Assembly (NCBI GenBank): GCA_001687465.1
Contig: LVLI01000176.1
Location: 62,001-126,000 of the forward strand
Direction of reading: 5' to 3'
Source of the DNA: Halocafeteria seosinensis
Lineage: Eukaryota
Length of the DNA stretch: 64,000 nt
The first letter of the stretch is position 1, and every line of letters starts with the position of its first letter. Below are positions 1 to 12,200 of this stretch, one piece after another. Position numbers and translations under genes: made by a program. A model generated the notes under the pieces. It saw nothing but the letters and a program-made list of their open reading frames with translations. It searched no databases and was not told where the DNA came from.

Positions 1-327
1 AAAGGGTTTGATATGCCAGTGGCAAGTGAATCATGTCCAAAGCACGGGTATGAGCACCATCTTACACGAAATTCAGTCATTTTAGGTCCACCGCGAACAG
101 TATTCGATCGATTTACAAGCTCCTTCAGCAGATGCTTCCGACGGGGTGAGTGCGTCAACGAACTCCCAACAAGCAAAACAAAAAAAGTATCTCTTGAACA
201 ATGGAGGGAAGTGGTGGCGAAGAGGTTGAAGTTGAGCTCAGGTCCTTATAACATAGACACTTGCTCCCGTTACAGGTTGACTACCACACCAGTATTTGTT
301 TGGGCAACAGCATGGGGACGGATGTGA
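1..327 (+). CDS. Probable 3' end of a spliced gene entering from the left edge, product unknown
   Basis: Intron-like pairs gtatga...ttttag (~48-86) and gtgagt...ttacag (~146-275). More than one reading frame is possible after splicing. Confidence 0.3.
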   Translation, partial: KGFDMPVASESCPKHGYEHHLTRNSVILGPPRTVFDRFTSSFSRCFRRGECVNELPTSKTKKVSLEQWREVVAKRLKLSSGPYNIDTCSRYRLTTTPVFVWATAWGRM

Positions 328-384
328 TGATGACTCTCAGTATGGTTGGCTAGGTTGTTCATGGAGGGGAGAAAGGGTCAAATA

Positions 385-1973
385 ATGGACTGGGCGACAC
401 GATTAGAGATCAAATACGAGCGGACAGCTCCTCCATTAGAGAAGAAAGATGAAAGTTTATTCTACCATGTGCTGAAGCAACACCATCAGGACCTTCTCTA
501 CAATTGCGCTTATCACAAATGGACCTTATGTATCCCAGTTACGAGCGCGCTGCCGAGCGATCGAATCAGCCGAGCTGAAATAGGTACGTAGTGTTACCCT
601 GAAGTGGCACTTTTTCTATATGTGTGAACATCTTCGCTAATGACGTGAGTGCAGAGACGCATATCCTCAAGTACATCAAGCCCAATCATCTCGAATCCCT
701 CACAGGGGCGGCAATTCGCTCTTCGGACGATGCCCTATGGCTCCAACCTGAAAGTGCTCTGCCGGTTAACCAGTCACAGGCTGTGATTGATCCGGAAGAA
801 TTGGACGCTCAAGAAGTGCACGATGCTTCGTCAACTAGGAGCAGCTTTACCCTCAATTCAGAACCGGGTGACTCTACAGAAAGAGCTTCTTCTGATGTCA
901 GCGCTCTGCTAGCAGACTCTGACAAGGGGGCCCACGGTCAACTCATTTTGAGCCATAGGAAGATCAAGGTGATCCCAGGGCGAATACCTCTGTTACAGAG
1001 ATATACGCATAAGGTGAAAATGAAAGATGGTAGGACTTCCTCTTTTCCTGTCATACATATTGGAAGAGCTTTCCATGGGAAGATATACGCTGCCAGCGTG
1101 GGGGAAGAACTGACAGAGTCTGGTATTCGACTCTACATGGGAACGCTGGCATGCTCTCCAGAAACCCAACCAGTTTTTCTTACGTTGAAAAATTGGTCAG
1201 ATGAATTATGCAAACATTTGAGATATCATAATGTATGGGATCTGTTTACCCCGTTGGCGTTACTTATCGAGCGTCAGTGCTATAATGCGGTTCGGTGCTT
1301 GCTCGAGAGTGGGATTGTGCAAGAAATGACCGGGAGACAGCAGTCAATTCTACAGAAGATTTTCACACTCTGCAGACGTGAAACGAACCAATGGAGGCCT
1401 TCGATTGAAAGCATTCGCGAGCAACTAGTCCGGGTTTGTGGCAGTTATATCTTTGAACGGCTACATGACGAACTAATGCGACAAGTTACGGAAGCATTTC
1501 ATAGTGAGATTTCCTCGTTCAACAAGAAACTTGAGAAGATGGCTCAAAGCGTCACTCAGGACAGTATCGGAGTTGACAAGCATGTGAAAGGTGAATTTTT
1601 TTCTGTGTCGCTGGCTTTATCCAAAGTACATAGGGCAAAGACTCCACTGTCGAAACTGCAGTGCTTTAATGAGGCCCGGCAGCGACTATCAGAATGTTGC
1701 TACTACAATGCAATGAAAAATGGGTGTGACATGGACACGTTTGCCGTGGGGTCTGATCATATGATAAACCCGCTGGTATTCGTCTTGGTGAAGCATCATA
1801 AAGAGATACGATCCAGTTTACTGCTGGCTCAATTAATATTTATTGCAGACTTCCACAAATTCGCTGAGCGGACTCTTGAAAAAGCTTTTATGGACATTCA
1901 GGCTGCTATCTTGTATCTCCTTGAGAAAGTGAACAAAGTCTCCGATGAGAGTAAAGGCAAAACTGACGGCTGA
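385..1973 (+). CDS. VPS9-domain Rab GEF resembling the ANKRD27/Varp N-terminus, with no ankyrin repeats; 2 exons
   Basis: Intron 584-654 (gtacgt...gctaat...gcag) joins the 346 and 624 ORFs in frame (RAEI-ETHILK). The C-terminus has VPS9 motifs TPLSKLQC and GSDHMINPLVFVLVK. The N-terminus FYHVLKQHHQDL...LCIP resembles Varp. Confidence 0.75.
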
Positions 1974-2053
1974 TGGGGAACGAAGCAACATGTAACTATG
2001 TATGCGCCTGTATAGAGTAATCATGGGCGAGGCAAGTAGATGGATGCATTGCT

Positions 2054-4297
2054 TCACGATGACTTGAATGGTAGCTCCGGATGTTTGAACGATTGTCTCC
2101 ACCTCAGGTAATTCTTACTCATTTTCCATACGTAAAAGAACTCAGAAACCTCGGTGGCGGTTTTCGTCTTGATCTGGTGGAGACAGAGGACGCAATAGTT
2201 CGTTTTCGACAAGTTTCTCATGAAGGAAAAACTTACTAACGAGGCGATTCTCCCAAAGTCTTTACCGAACAAACATATAGCAGATTCGAATACGGCTATC
2301 TCATATGGTGCCCACTTGTCTGCCAAGCAAAAACTCCATCATGGATATATCATACTGCGCCAATTCAATGTGGCTGGACTCACCAATTACCATGGGTGGG
2401 CGCACTTGCGTACAAAGCATGCCTAAACAAGTCCTTCGCAAATATACAAACTGTGAGGAAGCATCGGACAGTAGTTCTTGCTGGAATTGCTAAGCCAGCG
2501 CATTTACAGACTCACTTCGTCATTAGCGACTGGTTTCTCCGTGTCAGGATAGTATGTTTTCCCCACAAAGTCTAGATACTCATCTATTCCTTCGAGTTGT
2601 TGGGCTGCCAGGTGCACATGTTGTTTCGTAAGGATGTTGGAGCGTTTCATAATAGACGACGTCACAGTAACTTACGCCTTGGCATTTCAAACTGGGGCTC
2701 AATTTGCAGGAGCCGGGGATCCTGTTCGTCGCTTGCTTCTTCCTCAGGTTCGTCACCCCGTTGCTCGGTCTCCTGGGTCTCGTCCGTCGCACTTTCAGAT
2801 TTCTTCTTCCGCTTTTCTGTGGAGCCAAAGAAAGATGTTCATATGTTAGTTCACAGAGAACAAGACAGCTTTTGAAACTTACTTCGCCCGTCTACCTTTG
2901 TATCCTTCTTTTTCGATGATGACTCTGGTTCCTCTTCATGCGCTGCCTGAAGTATCTGAGGGATCTCACGTTTTATTGAAGTTGTTGACGGAGGAACAGG
3001 AGGACCCATCCACATATTACGATTATGAGCCGGCCTCTCAGAAGCAAATAATACGGGCGAGCAAAATCTCTTGTCAGTGCCTACGAGGTCTCTGCAGCGT
3101 AGCATATGTATAACCAGCAGCCAGAGGGGTCTGAGAAGGGTACAGAATGTACCTTGTATGTCGCCTTCTAACTGGCCCAGAATAGTTTTCTTGATGAATT
3201 TTCAACATCTGACATCGTATATTTTCTATAGAGGCAATTCTGCAACAGGGCAAAGCAAAGTACATTTGTCCCAATGAGGCCGTCGGGCGGGTATTGGCTA
3301 CTTACGTGCTGGAAGGTTGGCGAGCAAGGATTCTGATGAATTCTAGCGTCTGTTCCCTTGAAGGGCCTGAAGCAGCAATAAACGAAAGCAGGAGTTCGTC
3401 TGTATCAGAGTAACACAACCAATGTGGCTACCTACTTTGCATATCAGAGAGATCATGCATCTGCTTTCTCTCAGTTCCAGCTTCTTTTTGCTCGTTGTCT
3501 GAGTCACTATCACTCCGCTGCCTAATCGCGTACATCGTCTTTGATGTAGTTCGATACGCCTCCCCTGAATGCGGCATATATTCTTTGTGAAAGAACTGGG
3601 GGCGGCCGTAACAGCCGTAACACTAACCTTCTTTCTTGCCCTTAGACGTTTTCCCCGGTCCCTTCCTCCTGCCGCCTTTCTTGGCTTTCGTTTTCTCATT
3701 TCCGTCACCACTTTTCGATTTCTTTGCTTGAGTCGAAGACTCCTCACCATTTTCGCTTGCTGATTTTGACGCGCTATCTCCCTCACGAGGTCTCTTCTTT
3801 GGCCTGCCTCCCTTGTTTTTCTTCGGCGGCGTCTCGGTTTCTCTATCCTCATTTTCTGCCTGCTTTGACTTGGTCCCTTTTTTCGTTCCCGGTTTAGGTC
3901 CTGGCTTCTTCCTTTTGGGTTGCTCTGTGGTGTCCTCAGCATCATTCGTTTCGGTCGCTTTCTTTTTGCCTTTGGTTTTAGGCGCCTCATCCACCGAAAT
4001 ATCCTCTCCACTGCTTAAGGTATCAGCGAAGACTGCACTAGCAGCTAGAATGGAAGCCTTGCGCTTTTCCCTGCCTCCTTTGTTTTTGTTGGACGGTTCC
4101 GGCTCTTCTGGGGCAGCCGCCTCATGTGTTTCCGTATTGTCTGCTCAGGTGCCAGAATTTGAAAAAAAAGACAGTGAAGGATGCTGTATCTCCTGTGTCA
4201 TGTATTGCCACCTACCTTCTTTCGTGGTGCTCTTCCGTCTCGAGCCTTTCTGTTCCCCCGCTGTCTCTGCAGCCTGTTTCCCTCTCCTACTGCTCAT
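2054..4297 (-). CDS. ELM2/SANT-type chromatin regulator, multi-exon, with a Lys-rich disordered N-terminus
   Basis: C-terminal SANT domain WAPYEIAVFESAICLFGKDFGRIASL/IKTKTATEVSEFFYVWK, split by an intron. N-terminus MSSRRGKQ carries AT-hook-like KKPGPKPG and GGRPKKRP. The internal exon structure is not fully resolved. Confidence 0.7.
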
Positions 4298-4568
4298 TGT
4301 GAGGTCTGTAGCCGCGGAATGTCCCTCTGTAGAGTCCTATCTCAAAACACTACTTGAACTTTACCAACAATACAAACTATTGATTTAAACTGCCCTGGAT
4401 TGGGTTATCACGAACTAATCAAGCCAATTCAAATAATCACAAGTGTATTTGTTAACTTATCTGTCTATCTTATTGGTTTGATGTGGTGTAATTTCGATAG
4501 AACCTTTTGTTCAAAGTCGCATTCACTTGCATGTTTATATGACCTATGAGCTGATGAATACCTAGCAA

Positions 4569-6209
4569 ATGGAGCGCAATGAGCTCCTCAAAGCTGCTGA
4601 ATTCTTTGATAAAGCATCCTCATCATTGTCCTCCTCGTCTCATGAGGAAATTTGGGGACCCATTGTAAATACCCTCTTACATCATCGAGATGTACATATC
4701 AGCTATGCAGCAGCTAATTTCATTCGGAAGCATCATTCAGAGCTCTCTCAGGAAGGGAAAAATGCACTCTATCAGATGCTATGGAGGACTTTTCAAGTCA
4801 GTTTACGAGATATATTCTTCTCCATTACGCCGTCTACGCCAGAACAAGAAGCGCCACTATACAACACGTTTATGCACACTTGCAAGCTCTTGAGAAGCCT
4901 GTACAGCGCAGATCGAGCAATGGATCTTATCCAAGCCTTGGTACAAGACGAAGCGATCACTGCTTTGGCCGCCCAGTACGCCAACGATGACAACACCAAC
5001 CCGGCATTTGGTACCGCCAGTGCTTCATGTGATCCAGAATTGTTTAGCTTGTGCTTTTATGAGTTTTTGGACCTTGCAAAAACACTCTGGAAGCACTACA
5101 TGGAAAGCGATCTTCAACCACCGCAGGAACAGCCTCAGTGGTGCAGCTATTTGATGCAAACGGAAAGAGTCATACACGCCTTTGACATGTCCTTGTGGTT
5201 GGCAGGAAAGGAAGGCACAAGACACAAGTACCCGTCCTGGTTGCAAAGGAGGAAAGTGAAGTGGTACTCCCGTGTGGCCTCCATCACCACTCAACACGCT
5301 TCCGAGTTAATCCGCTTACAAGAGAGCGAACTCGAGCAGCTGCAATCAGTAAACTCGGTACCGCCTTTTAAGGTACTGATTTGTCGCTTGCTTGAAGCTT
5401 ATGCTGAGAATATCGCGTTATTCCTCAGTGATGATTCGTTCATGTCGGCTCTCAAACAAGAATCATACTTCTGCGGAAGTGCCCTGACATCAACTAGCCA
5501 GAATGTGCTAGAGACTGCAGACCGAGTTCTTATAAGAGCTACAGTGATTGCACTGTTGCGCATAGCAGATGCTTCCTTCACACTTAGATTGAAGCTGAAC
5601 AACAGCGATGGTGACCGGTTCGTTGACCTGGCTCGCATGGAGGAGGTCTTTCGAATTTCATCTTCTCGTGTAACGCAACAGCTCTCAACAACCGTTGGCG
5701 GCGGAGAAGAGGATTCCATTCTTGCAAGCCTGATCGACGTTCTCTCTGAAAACGACAAGGACATATTGTGCGCAGGATATTTGTATTTTAAACAATTCTT
5801 ACACGTAGACAAACTGCTGGAGCAAGGCGACAGGAAACATTCCATGTTTAACCTATCGCTTTATCCGGCACCAGTGGAGGTCATTATGCAAACTCTTGGC
5901 CTTTACGACTTTGATGAGTTCGCTATCCTGGAGATGATACTCAGTGGGGACCAGTGGATTCTTGAATGGCTGCTCGAAGCCCTGTCGGTGCTGCATCTGC
6001 AACTATCACAAATAGAGAATGCTACTCAGCGAAGTCGCTTCGTTTTTGGACTCGAGGGCCTTTGGTTGGCTGTTTCCAGCTTTCTACGGAGGTTTTCAGA
6101 GCTCCTCCACAGAAGAAGCGATCTATCTTCTGGGTATCTTGACATTCTCTCGCGAAAATTAACGAAGTTAATAGAAAATTACGAACATGTTGAGGAAAAA
6201 CTATTATGA
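4569..6209 (+). CDS. Protein Lines (LINS)-like helical protein, 546 aa
   Basis: Single ORF. C-terminal LIDVLSENDKDIL and YDFDEFAILEMILSGDQWILEWLL resemble the Lines EqDD and D..vLLDfLiS.ET..L.YL motifs. Confidence 0.5.
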   Translation: MERNELLKAAEFFDKASSSLSSSSHEEIWGPIVNTLLHHRDVHISYAAANFIRKHHSELSQEGKNALYQMLWRTFQVSLRDIFFSITPSTPEQEAPLYNTFMHTCKLLRSLYSADRAMDLIQALVQDEAITALAAQYANDDNTNPAFGTASASCDPELFSLCFYEFLDLAKTLWKHYMESDLQPPQEQPQWCSYLMQTERVIHAFDMSLWLAGKEGTRHKYPSWLQRRKVKWYSRVASITTQHASELIRLQESELEQLQSVNSVPPFKVLICRLLEAYAENIALFLSDDSFMSALKQESYFCGSALTSTSQNVLETADRVLIRATVIALLRIADASFTLRLKLNNSDGDRFVDLARMEEVFRISSSRVTQQLSTTVGGGEEDSILASLIDVLSENDKDILCAGYLYFKQFLHVDKLLEQGDRKHSMFNLSLYPAPVEVIMQTLGLYDFDEFAILEMILSGDQWILEWLLEALSVLHLQLSQIENATQRSRFVFGLEGLWLAVSSFLRRFSELLHRRSDLSSGYLDILSRKLTKLIENYEHVEEKLL

Positions 6210-6288
6210 AGCTCTCTCGTTCATCAACGAAACGTTGGCGACCCCCAAGGCCCGTACACAATGTGCTCTGTATGGCCACCTGCTCGTT

Positions 6289-7164
6289 CTAAGTTTGCAA
6301 CGCATTAATGTCACTGATCCCTGATTCCGCACTATCCTCCATGTTATCCTCCTTGGTATCTTTGAACACAAATCTGCACCCAAACTCATCCTGGAAGACC
6401 TTCATGACCGTATCCTGTACATTTCCAACAGTCAAGTTTTCCGTATTCTGATTATCCCTTTCAAGTAGGCTTCGCATGCTGCACACGGAGCGATCTTCGA
6501 TTCCACATGGTACTATGTAATCGAAATGAGACAAATCTGGATTGACGTTGATCGCGAACCCGTGCATCGTGTGCCACCTGTTCACATTGACTCCGATCTG
6601 GGCTACTTTAGATCCGTCTACCCACACTCCTGGTAGCCCTTTAATTCGAGAGGCTGTAAGGCCGTATTCTCCAAGTGTCTTGATAACGACGTTCTCTACG
6701 GTATCTACAAACCAGTGCAAGTCCTTCCTGAAATGGGAGAGATTTAATACAGGGTACACCGTTAGTTGTCCAGGACCGTGGTAGGTCACTTGGCCACCGC
6801 GCTCTGTGTGGAAGAGCTGGAATGGTTCAGGGACACATTCAGGGTCAAATTTCAGGTTTTTGCCCGTTTTGTCTCCCCTCCCCAAAGTGAACACTGGATT
6901 ATGTTCTGTGAACATGATGATGTCAGGGAACGTATGTGTGTGCTCTTTGCCAGGAGCTGTCGCATCAACGCGTTTCCTCAGCAGGTCCTTCTGCCATCTC
7001 CAAACAGGTTCATAAGGCGTCCGTCCTAGACGATAGGCATGGACAATCCGCTTTCTCTGTGAGACATTGTCCGGGTCTGTGTGCCATGTGGCTGAGCTGA
7101 AACAAGCTCTGTACCAGCACGGATGTGCTCTGACTCGAAGAGCCTTCGCTAATAACGAGAGCAT
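6289..7164 (-). CDS. lipB: Lipoyl(octanoyl) transferase, probably mitochondrial
   Basis: Motifs EHNPVFTLG, RGGQVTYHGPGQL, PGVWV, KVAQIGV, HGFAINV and IVPCG. The N-terminus is Arg-rich and presequence-like. Confidence 0.95.
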   Translation of the reverse strand: MLSLLAKALRVRAHPCWYRACFSSATWHTDPDNVSQRKRIVHAYRLGRTPYEPVWRWQKDLLRKRVDATAPGKEHTHTFPDIIMFTEHNPVFTLGRGDKTGKNLKFDPECVPEPFQLFHTERGGQVTYHGPGQLTVYPVLNLSHFRKDLHWFVDTVENVVIKTLGEYGLTASRIKGLPGVWVDGSKVAQIGVNVNRWHTMHGFAINVNPDLSHFDYIVPCGIEDRSVCSMRSLLERDNQNTENLTVGNVQDTVMKVFQDEFGCRFVFKDTKEDNMEDSAESGISDINALQT

Positions 7165-7549
7165 CGTCCACGCGATCACACCACGATTGTACTATTGACA
7201 CGAGTCCACAAAGAGGTGCTCGTTGAAAGTCTGAACAGCCACTTGTGATGTGATTCAAATAACGTGGAATAGTGTTCCATTGAGGCTAACAATGCATGAC
7301 ATCATTGACATGGCCAATTTGTGAAGATCAGCGTTAGGCCCAAGCGCAGAGTCTCTGCGGCAGAGACCAAAGTCAACTGAGTCGTGGCACACTTTGAAGT
7401 CAAGTTTCGTGTTAAAAAGTATGCTATAACACACAATAGAGACGACGGGAAACTTAGCATCCGAGACGATTACGCGAGTTTCCATGTCACGTGGCAAGTA
7501 TCCTGGAACTGTGAAGAGTTGCCGACGAAGCTGTTTCTATGATATTTCG

Positions 7550-8640
7550 TTATCGCACGCTTCGTGGCGTGACGGCCAAGGCGCTGTTGAGCTCTTCAAT
7601 GGTGATCTTGGTGTTCAAGACTAACCAGCCAATACCCATGTACGGTTGTACCACGTGCGGTACGCACTCAAGAGCTAACAAGCGAGAACTCACTGAGAAC
7701 TGGAATCCTGGAGTAACTCCAGTTTGTACTCCCGGATTCCAGTTTGTACCACAAGAAGTGAAGCAGCAGACTTCAAGTACGGCGTATGTACGCATTGACC
7801 CATTGTAACGTTGCAAAGCCGCCACCACGAAAGTTCCGCTTGCAGGAGATAGCTGATCGCACCCATCAGTTTCCCCATCAGTGTCTATGGAGGACAAGTT
7901 TGTTGAATGCTGAAACGCTGCATCTGTAATCATGGATTGGTCGCAGCACACCATGCTAAGTTCCATCAAGTTGGTTACGAGCGAAAAGGCTGGTTACAGT
8001 AATCGATGTTCAGCTCCTTTAGTCCAGTAAGTTGCCGGAAAAGTTTATCGGAGATTTCTGGCTGGTTGCATTGCGCCATGCTTAGATTTGACAAGCTTGG
8101 CAACGCAACAAACGGGACGTTTGCCACTTTGGTGCCACAGACACGTAGGCTCAGGTACTTCAAGCTCGACAAATTGCGATAGCCTTCGCAGGCTATAGAA
8201 GGCTGGTCACATCCCGATATATCTAGTTCGCTCAAACTTGATAAAACCCGAAAAACCCCGGATCCGACAAACGATGGCATTTAGCTACGGTTAATTTGGT
8301 TAATCGCGTTAGATTTTGGAGTAATTCATGCATACTGAAGACGTTCAAGCTCACTAAGTTGCGCTAGCCGGACAACAAAACAACAACAACTTGCCATTTG
8401 CAATGAAGTAAGCTTTGACAATGCTTCGAATGCTTCAGCAATTTGGAAGGCTTGCTTGCTAAAGTTAACGTTTAAATCTCCCGAGTCAGGCGGACAACCA
8501 AAAATAACCTCGGTGAGCTGATTGCAAGATTCTTCAGCTTTACCAGATATTGAAAGGCTCGATCAGAAACGGTAGATTGATCACATCTGGACAGGTTGGT
8601 CTTTGTCAATTGGAATAAGTGCCGAAACGCGTTGTTGGTA
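7550..8640 (-). pseudogene. Fragmented leucine-rich-repeat gene (LxxLxMxxCNQxxITDxxF-type repeats)
   Basis: LRR units appear in different frames with stops and frameshifts: FEALSKLTSLQMASC, LSELDISGCDQPSI, LSNLSMAQCNQPEISDKLFRQLTGLKELNIDYCNQP and LMELSMVCCDQSMITDAAFQH. Confidence 0.7.
7698..7744. repeat. 18-bp inverted repeat (hairpin) inside the LRR remnant
   Basis: aactggaatcctggagta and tactcccggattccagtt pair with one mismatch across an 11-nt spacer. ccagtttgtac also occurs twice as a direct repeat. Confidence 0.85.
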
Positions 8641-9298
8641 ATTGAAGATTGGTTGCATTCAAACGTATTCAGCTCCTGCAGCCTCGTTCAGTGGTGGAAC
8701 CCTGTACTGTATGACTTCAGGAGAGCAATTGACCGTTCCATTTTTCTGCGTCCCCTGCGGTGAGACAGCAAGCTACCTTGAACTTTATTCGACTGTATTA
8801 ATTCATACACATGAACACGCTTTGCACAATGACTGAATGGTTACCACAATCTGACTACAAGCAGACATTCAATCGATAATTTTCCGACCAACCAATCACG
8901 TAACCCCGTTTGCAACTTGCTTGTACCACAGACTCGTTTCCCAAGCGGGATCATAGCATACTGAGGCTGCATAAGTGCCTGAGTGGACGATGCAAACAAA
9001 CTAGACCTACAAGACTAAGCACTGCATAGCACTGAATAGTATTCAAAATCAAAAGTGGAAGAAATGTTAGACGGGTTCACAAACAGGACGATTCGTCCTC
9101 TCCGTTCCATGCAATACACAGTTCATATGTGGTTCATGATAGGTTCCATGCTCGGTATTTTGCTATTTTCGGCTTGACTTGCGTTGGAGACAACAGTGGC
9201 ACCCAAAATAGCACATAAATCGGAGCAGAAAGGCATGCCTCCGGGATCATCACAACCTATTAACGCCGATATGGGATGAATCGTACAAGCGAGGGATA

Positions 9299-12200
9299 AT
9301 GGACGGTCATACTCGCTCATACACACAGGAGGCTGGTCGAGCAGAAGGTACTCGGTCTACGACTGGCACAAGTGGTGTCACGAGACGATCTCAACCGCGT
9401 CCATTGCAGTATACATCTCCTACAAGTACAAGTGGAAACAATGATGAATATGAGGGATCTTCTGGTCGTTCTTCCCTAGCCTCGTATGGTGCTAAGCACA
9501 ACAGTGGGGATGAAAGGAGTAACCAGAAACAGCACGACATTTATCCTTCCGTCAACGAAAGCCAACCCCACCGAGGACGAGGACGTTCAGGCACACAGCG
9601 ACAACAAAAGCGGTTAGCTCCTAAACAGATGACATCGGGCCTTCGTGAGAGTAATCCCCACGACCCGGAACTGGAGGAACTCAAGCATGACAGTCAAACG
9701 GAGCGACAGGAGAACACAGATATCCAAGTACAGTCGCGGCGTGACAGTACTGCCAACGGCAGTCCACGAAAACCAGATACTAACGGCTTGCGAATTCTAT
9801 TCGATGCCTGGGAATCGCAACTAGACAAGTCCCAATCCGAATTGGAAAAAAAGTTTGCCAAATTGACTGAGGAAGAGCAAGACACACATTCTCTTCGGAA
9901 ATTACTGTCTCAACAGCAATCACAGCTGCGCAAGCAGAAACATGAACTCCAATCACGGGAGAAGAAAACAGAACAGCTACAGAAACAACTTGAAGAAGCA
10001 ATGTCCCAGTATCAGCAAACATCAGACAAAGAACAAGAATTATACAAAAGAGAGGAAAGAATTAAGTCGGAAGAAAAGGATCTTCAAGAATGGAAACGGC
10101 AAAACGAAGAATATTCGAAAAAGCTACGCGAAGAGCAAGATAAGTTGGAAAGGTTAAGAAGTGATCTGGAAAACCACTATGAGCGTGTCAAAAGTAGAGA
10201 AACGGCGGTTGAACAGGGGGCGCATCAATTTGCTACAAGTGAAAAGGAGTTAGCTAATCGTGAGTTGGAGTTGCAACAACGTGAACAGCAGGTTGAACGG
10301 CGTGAGGAGGAGGTCACAGGTAAGGAAGAATTGCAAACCACAAAGGCAGAAGAAGTTCAGACTAAAGAAGAAGAATTAAAACAAACGGAGGAACATGTTT
10401 CAACTGCTGTGCGTTCAATGGGGGCATTGCTGAGACGACTCCTCGATACTCCCGATGCGCTGAGCAGAGTACGACGAGACGGTCATCAGATGGTACAAAC
10501 TGTGCAAGAAAATGATAAACAGGCTGCTTTGGATGTTCAAGATACGCGCCAGTTGGGCGTTGACATTCAGTCACTGAAAGATGAACTCACCGAAGCCGCG
10601 CGCTTGACACCTTCTTCGACCACGTGGTCTGACGGAATTGCACCTTTCGCCACGGCATTCATTGATGCCGTATCACATTTGGCGGAAGCGTTTGTTGAGG
10701 AGAAGCAAAATTTGTGCCGGATATCTCAAGGACTTCGGCAGGCCCAATCGTTTACGCGGAGACGTCGTGAAGAGTTGATGCGACGTGAAGAAGACCTCGA
10801 TGCGTACGAGTCGAGAATTGAAGAAGAGCGTGAGTCGCTGGAAGCGTTGAGAAAAAATCTGGAAGATCAACAGACTACCAACCAGGAAGATCTTGTTTCC
10901 ATCCGCCAGAGGAAGGAGAATCTAGAGCAATGGGAAAAGGATGTTCAACAGCGGGAGGAAACAGTCGAAACTAGGGAGACGGAATTGGCCAGCAAAGAGG
11001 AGGACATCAGGGTGAAAGAGCAACGACTACAGGAGCGACGAAAACAAGTCGAACGGGATGTAATGTATCAGGAAGACAGCTTAGCTAAGTCAAAGAGGCT
11101 GTACGACGAGAGCAGACGTATGTCTGAAGTGAATGAGAATAGAACGCAAGAACTTCGACAGTTAGAATTGTCGCTGAACGAACGGGAGAATAAGCTGAAC
11201 AACTTGGAGGCCGAGTTGGCAGACGAGAATGCAAAGATACACAGCAAGCTAGAGAACATAGATCTGAGGGAACAAAATGTAAATACTATGGAGCAAGGGC
11301 TTGATACTTCGCTTCAGAAGAAGAACGAAGAGCTGCAACAGTTGCAACAACAGTGTCACGAAGCGGAGGAGAGATACAAGGAGCTTCAGAGTGAGATGGA
11401 ATCTTTGCGATGCTCTATGGGAGACATGAGAAAACGAGAAAATGCTTTGATAGACCAGGAAATGGAATGTGAACAGTTGCATAAAGAAATGCAGGAAAAG
11501 GAGAAGACTCTTGGAAATACGGAGCACACACTGAATACAAAATGGGAGGAGTTAAGTGCAAGAGAACAGGAGACGACTACAAAGGAAAGAGAGCTGAAAG
11601 AGAGAGAAGAGCAGTTACAAAACCGCGAGTCAAATCTTGAAAATAGGGAAAGACAACTGGAATCCTACGCCAGTTCTCTTTCCAAAAAAGCAGAAGAAAT
11701 TGCTGAAAGGAGAAAAACAGTCGAAGCCCGAGAAAAGACGATGCAGGAGAAAGAGCAAGAAGTTGAACGAAAACAATCCGTATGTGCTTCCAAAACACAG
11801 CATGTTAACAAGGCTGCTCGAGAGCTAGACCAACTACGATCGAAACTTGACTCCGAGAAGGAAACCTTTGAGCATTTCCGACAGCAAGTAGAAGATAGGG
11901 AGCAACAGCTTGAGTCAAGGACTCAGCAGGTTGAAGAGTTGAAGCGAAGGACTGAGGATACGTTCCACAGACTGAGCAAAGAGCGAGAAGCAGTTGAGTC
12001 GAGACGGCAACAACTGGAGAATCAATATAAGCAATACTACTCGGAGTGTGACCGAAAGCTAGAAGAAGAGAAAAGCAGACTCGCCACTCAAAGCTGGATA
12101 CAGTCTGAGACATCGGAGACAAAGGCAGAAAGCAGCCGTCGTAGGTACGAGAAGTTGTGCCGTGAGTATGAGCGGAAACTACAAAAACTAAATGTTCAAG

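Noticed and set aside
8985..9298. Possible degenerate tandem copy of the first ~300 nt of the coiled-coil gene (RPLRSMQYT vs QPRPLQYT)
   Set aside because: Only short patches match, which cannot be distinguished from chance without an alignment.
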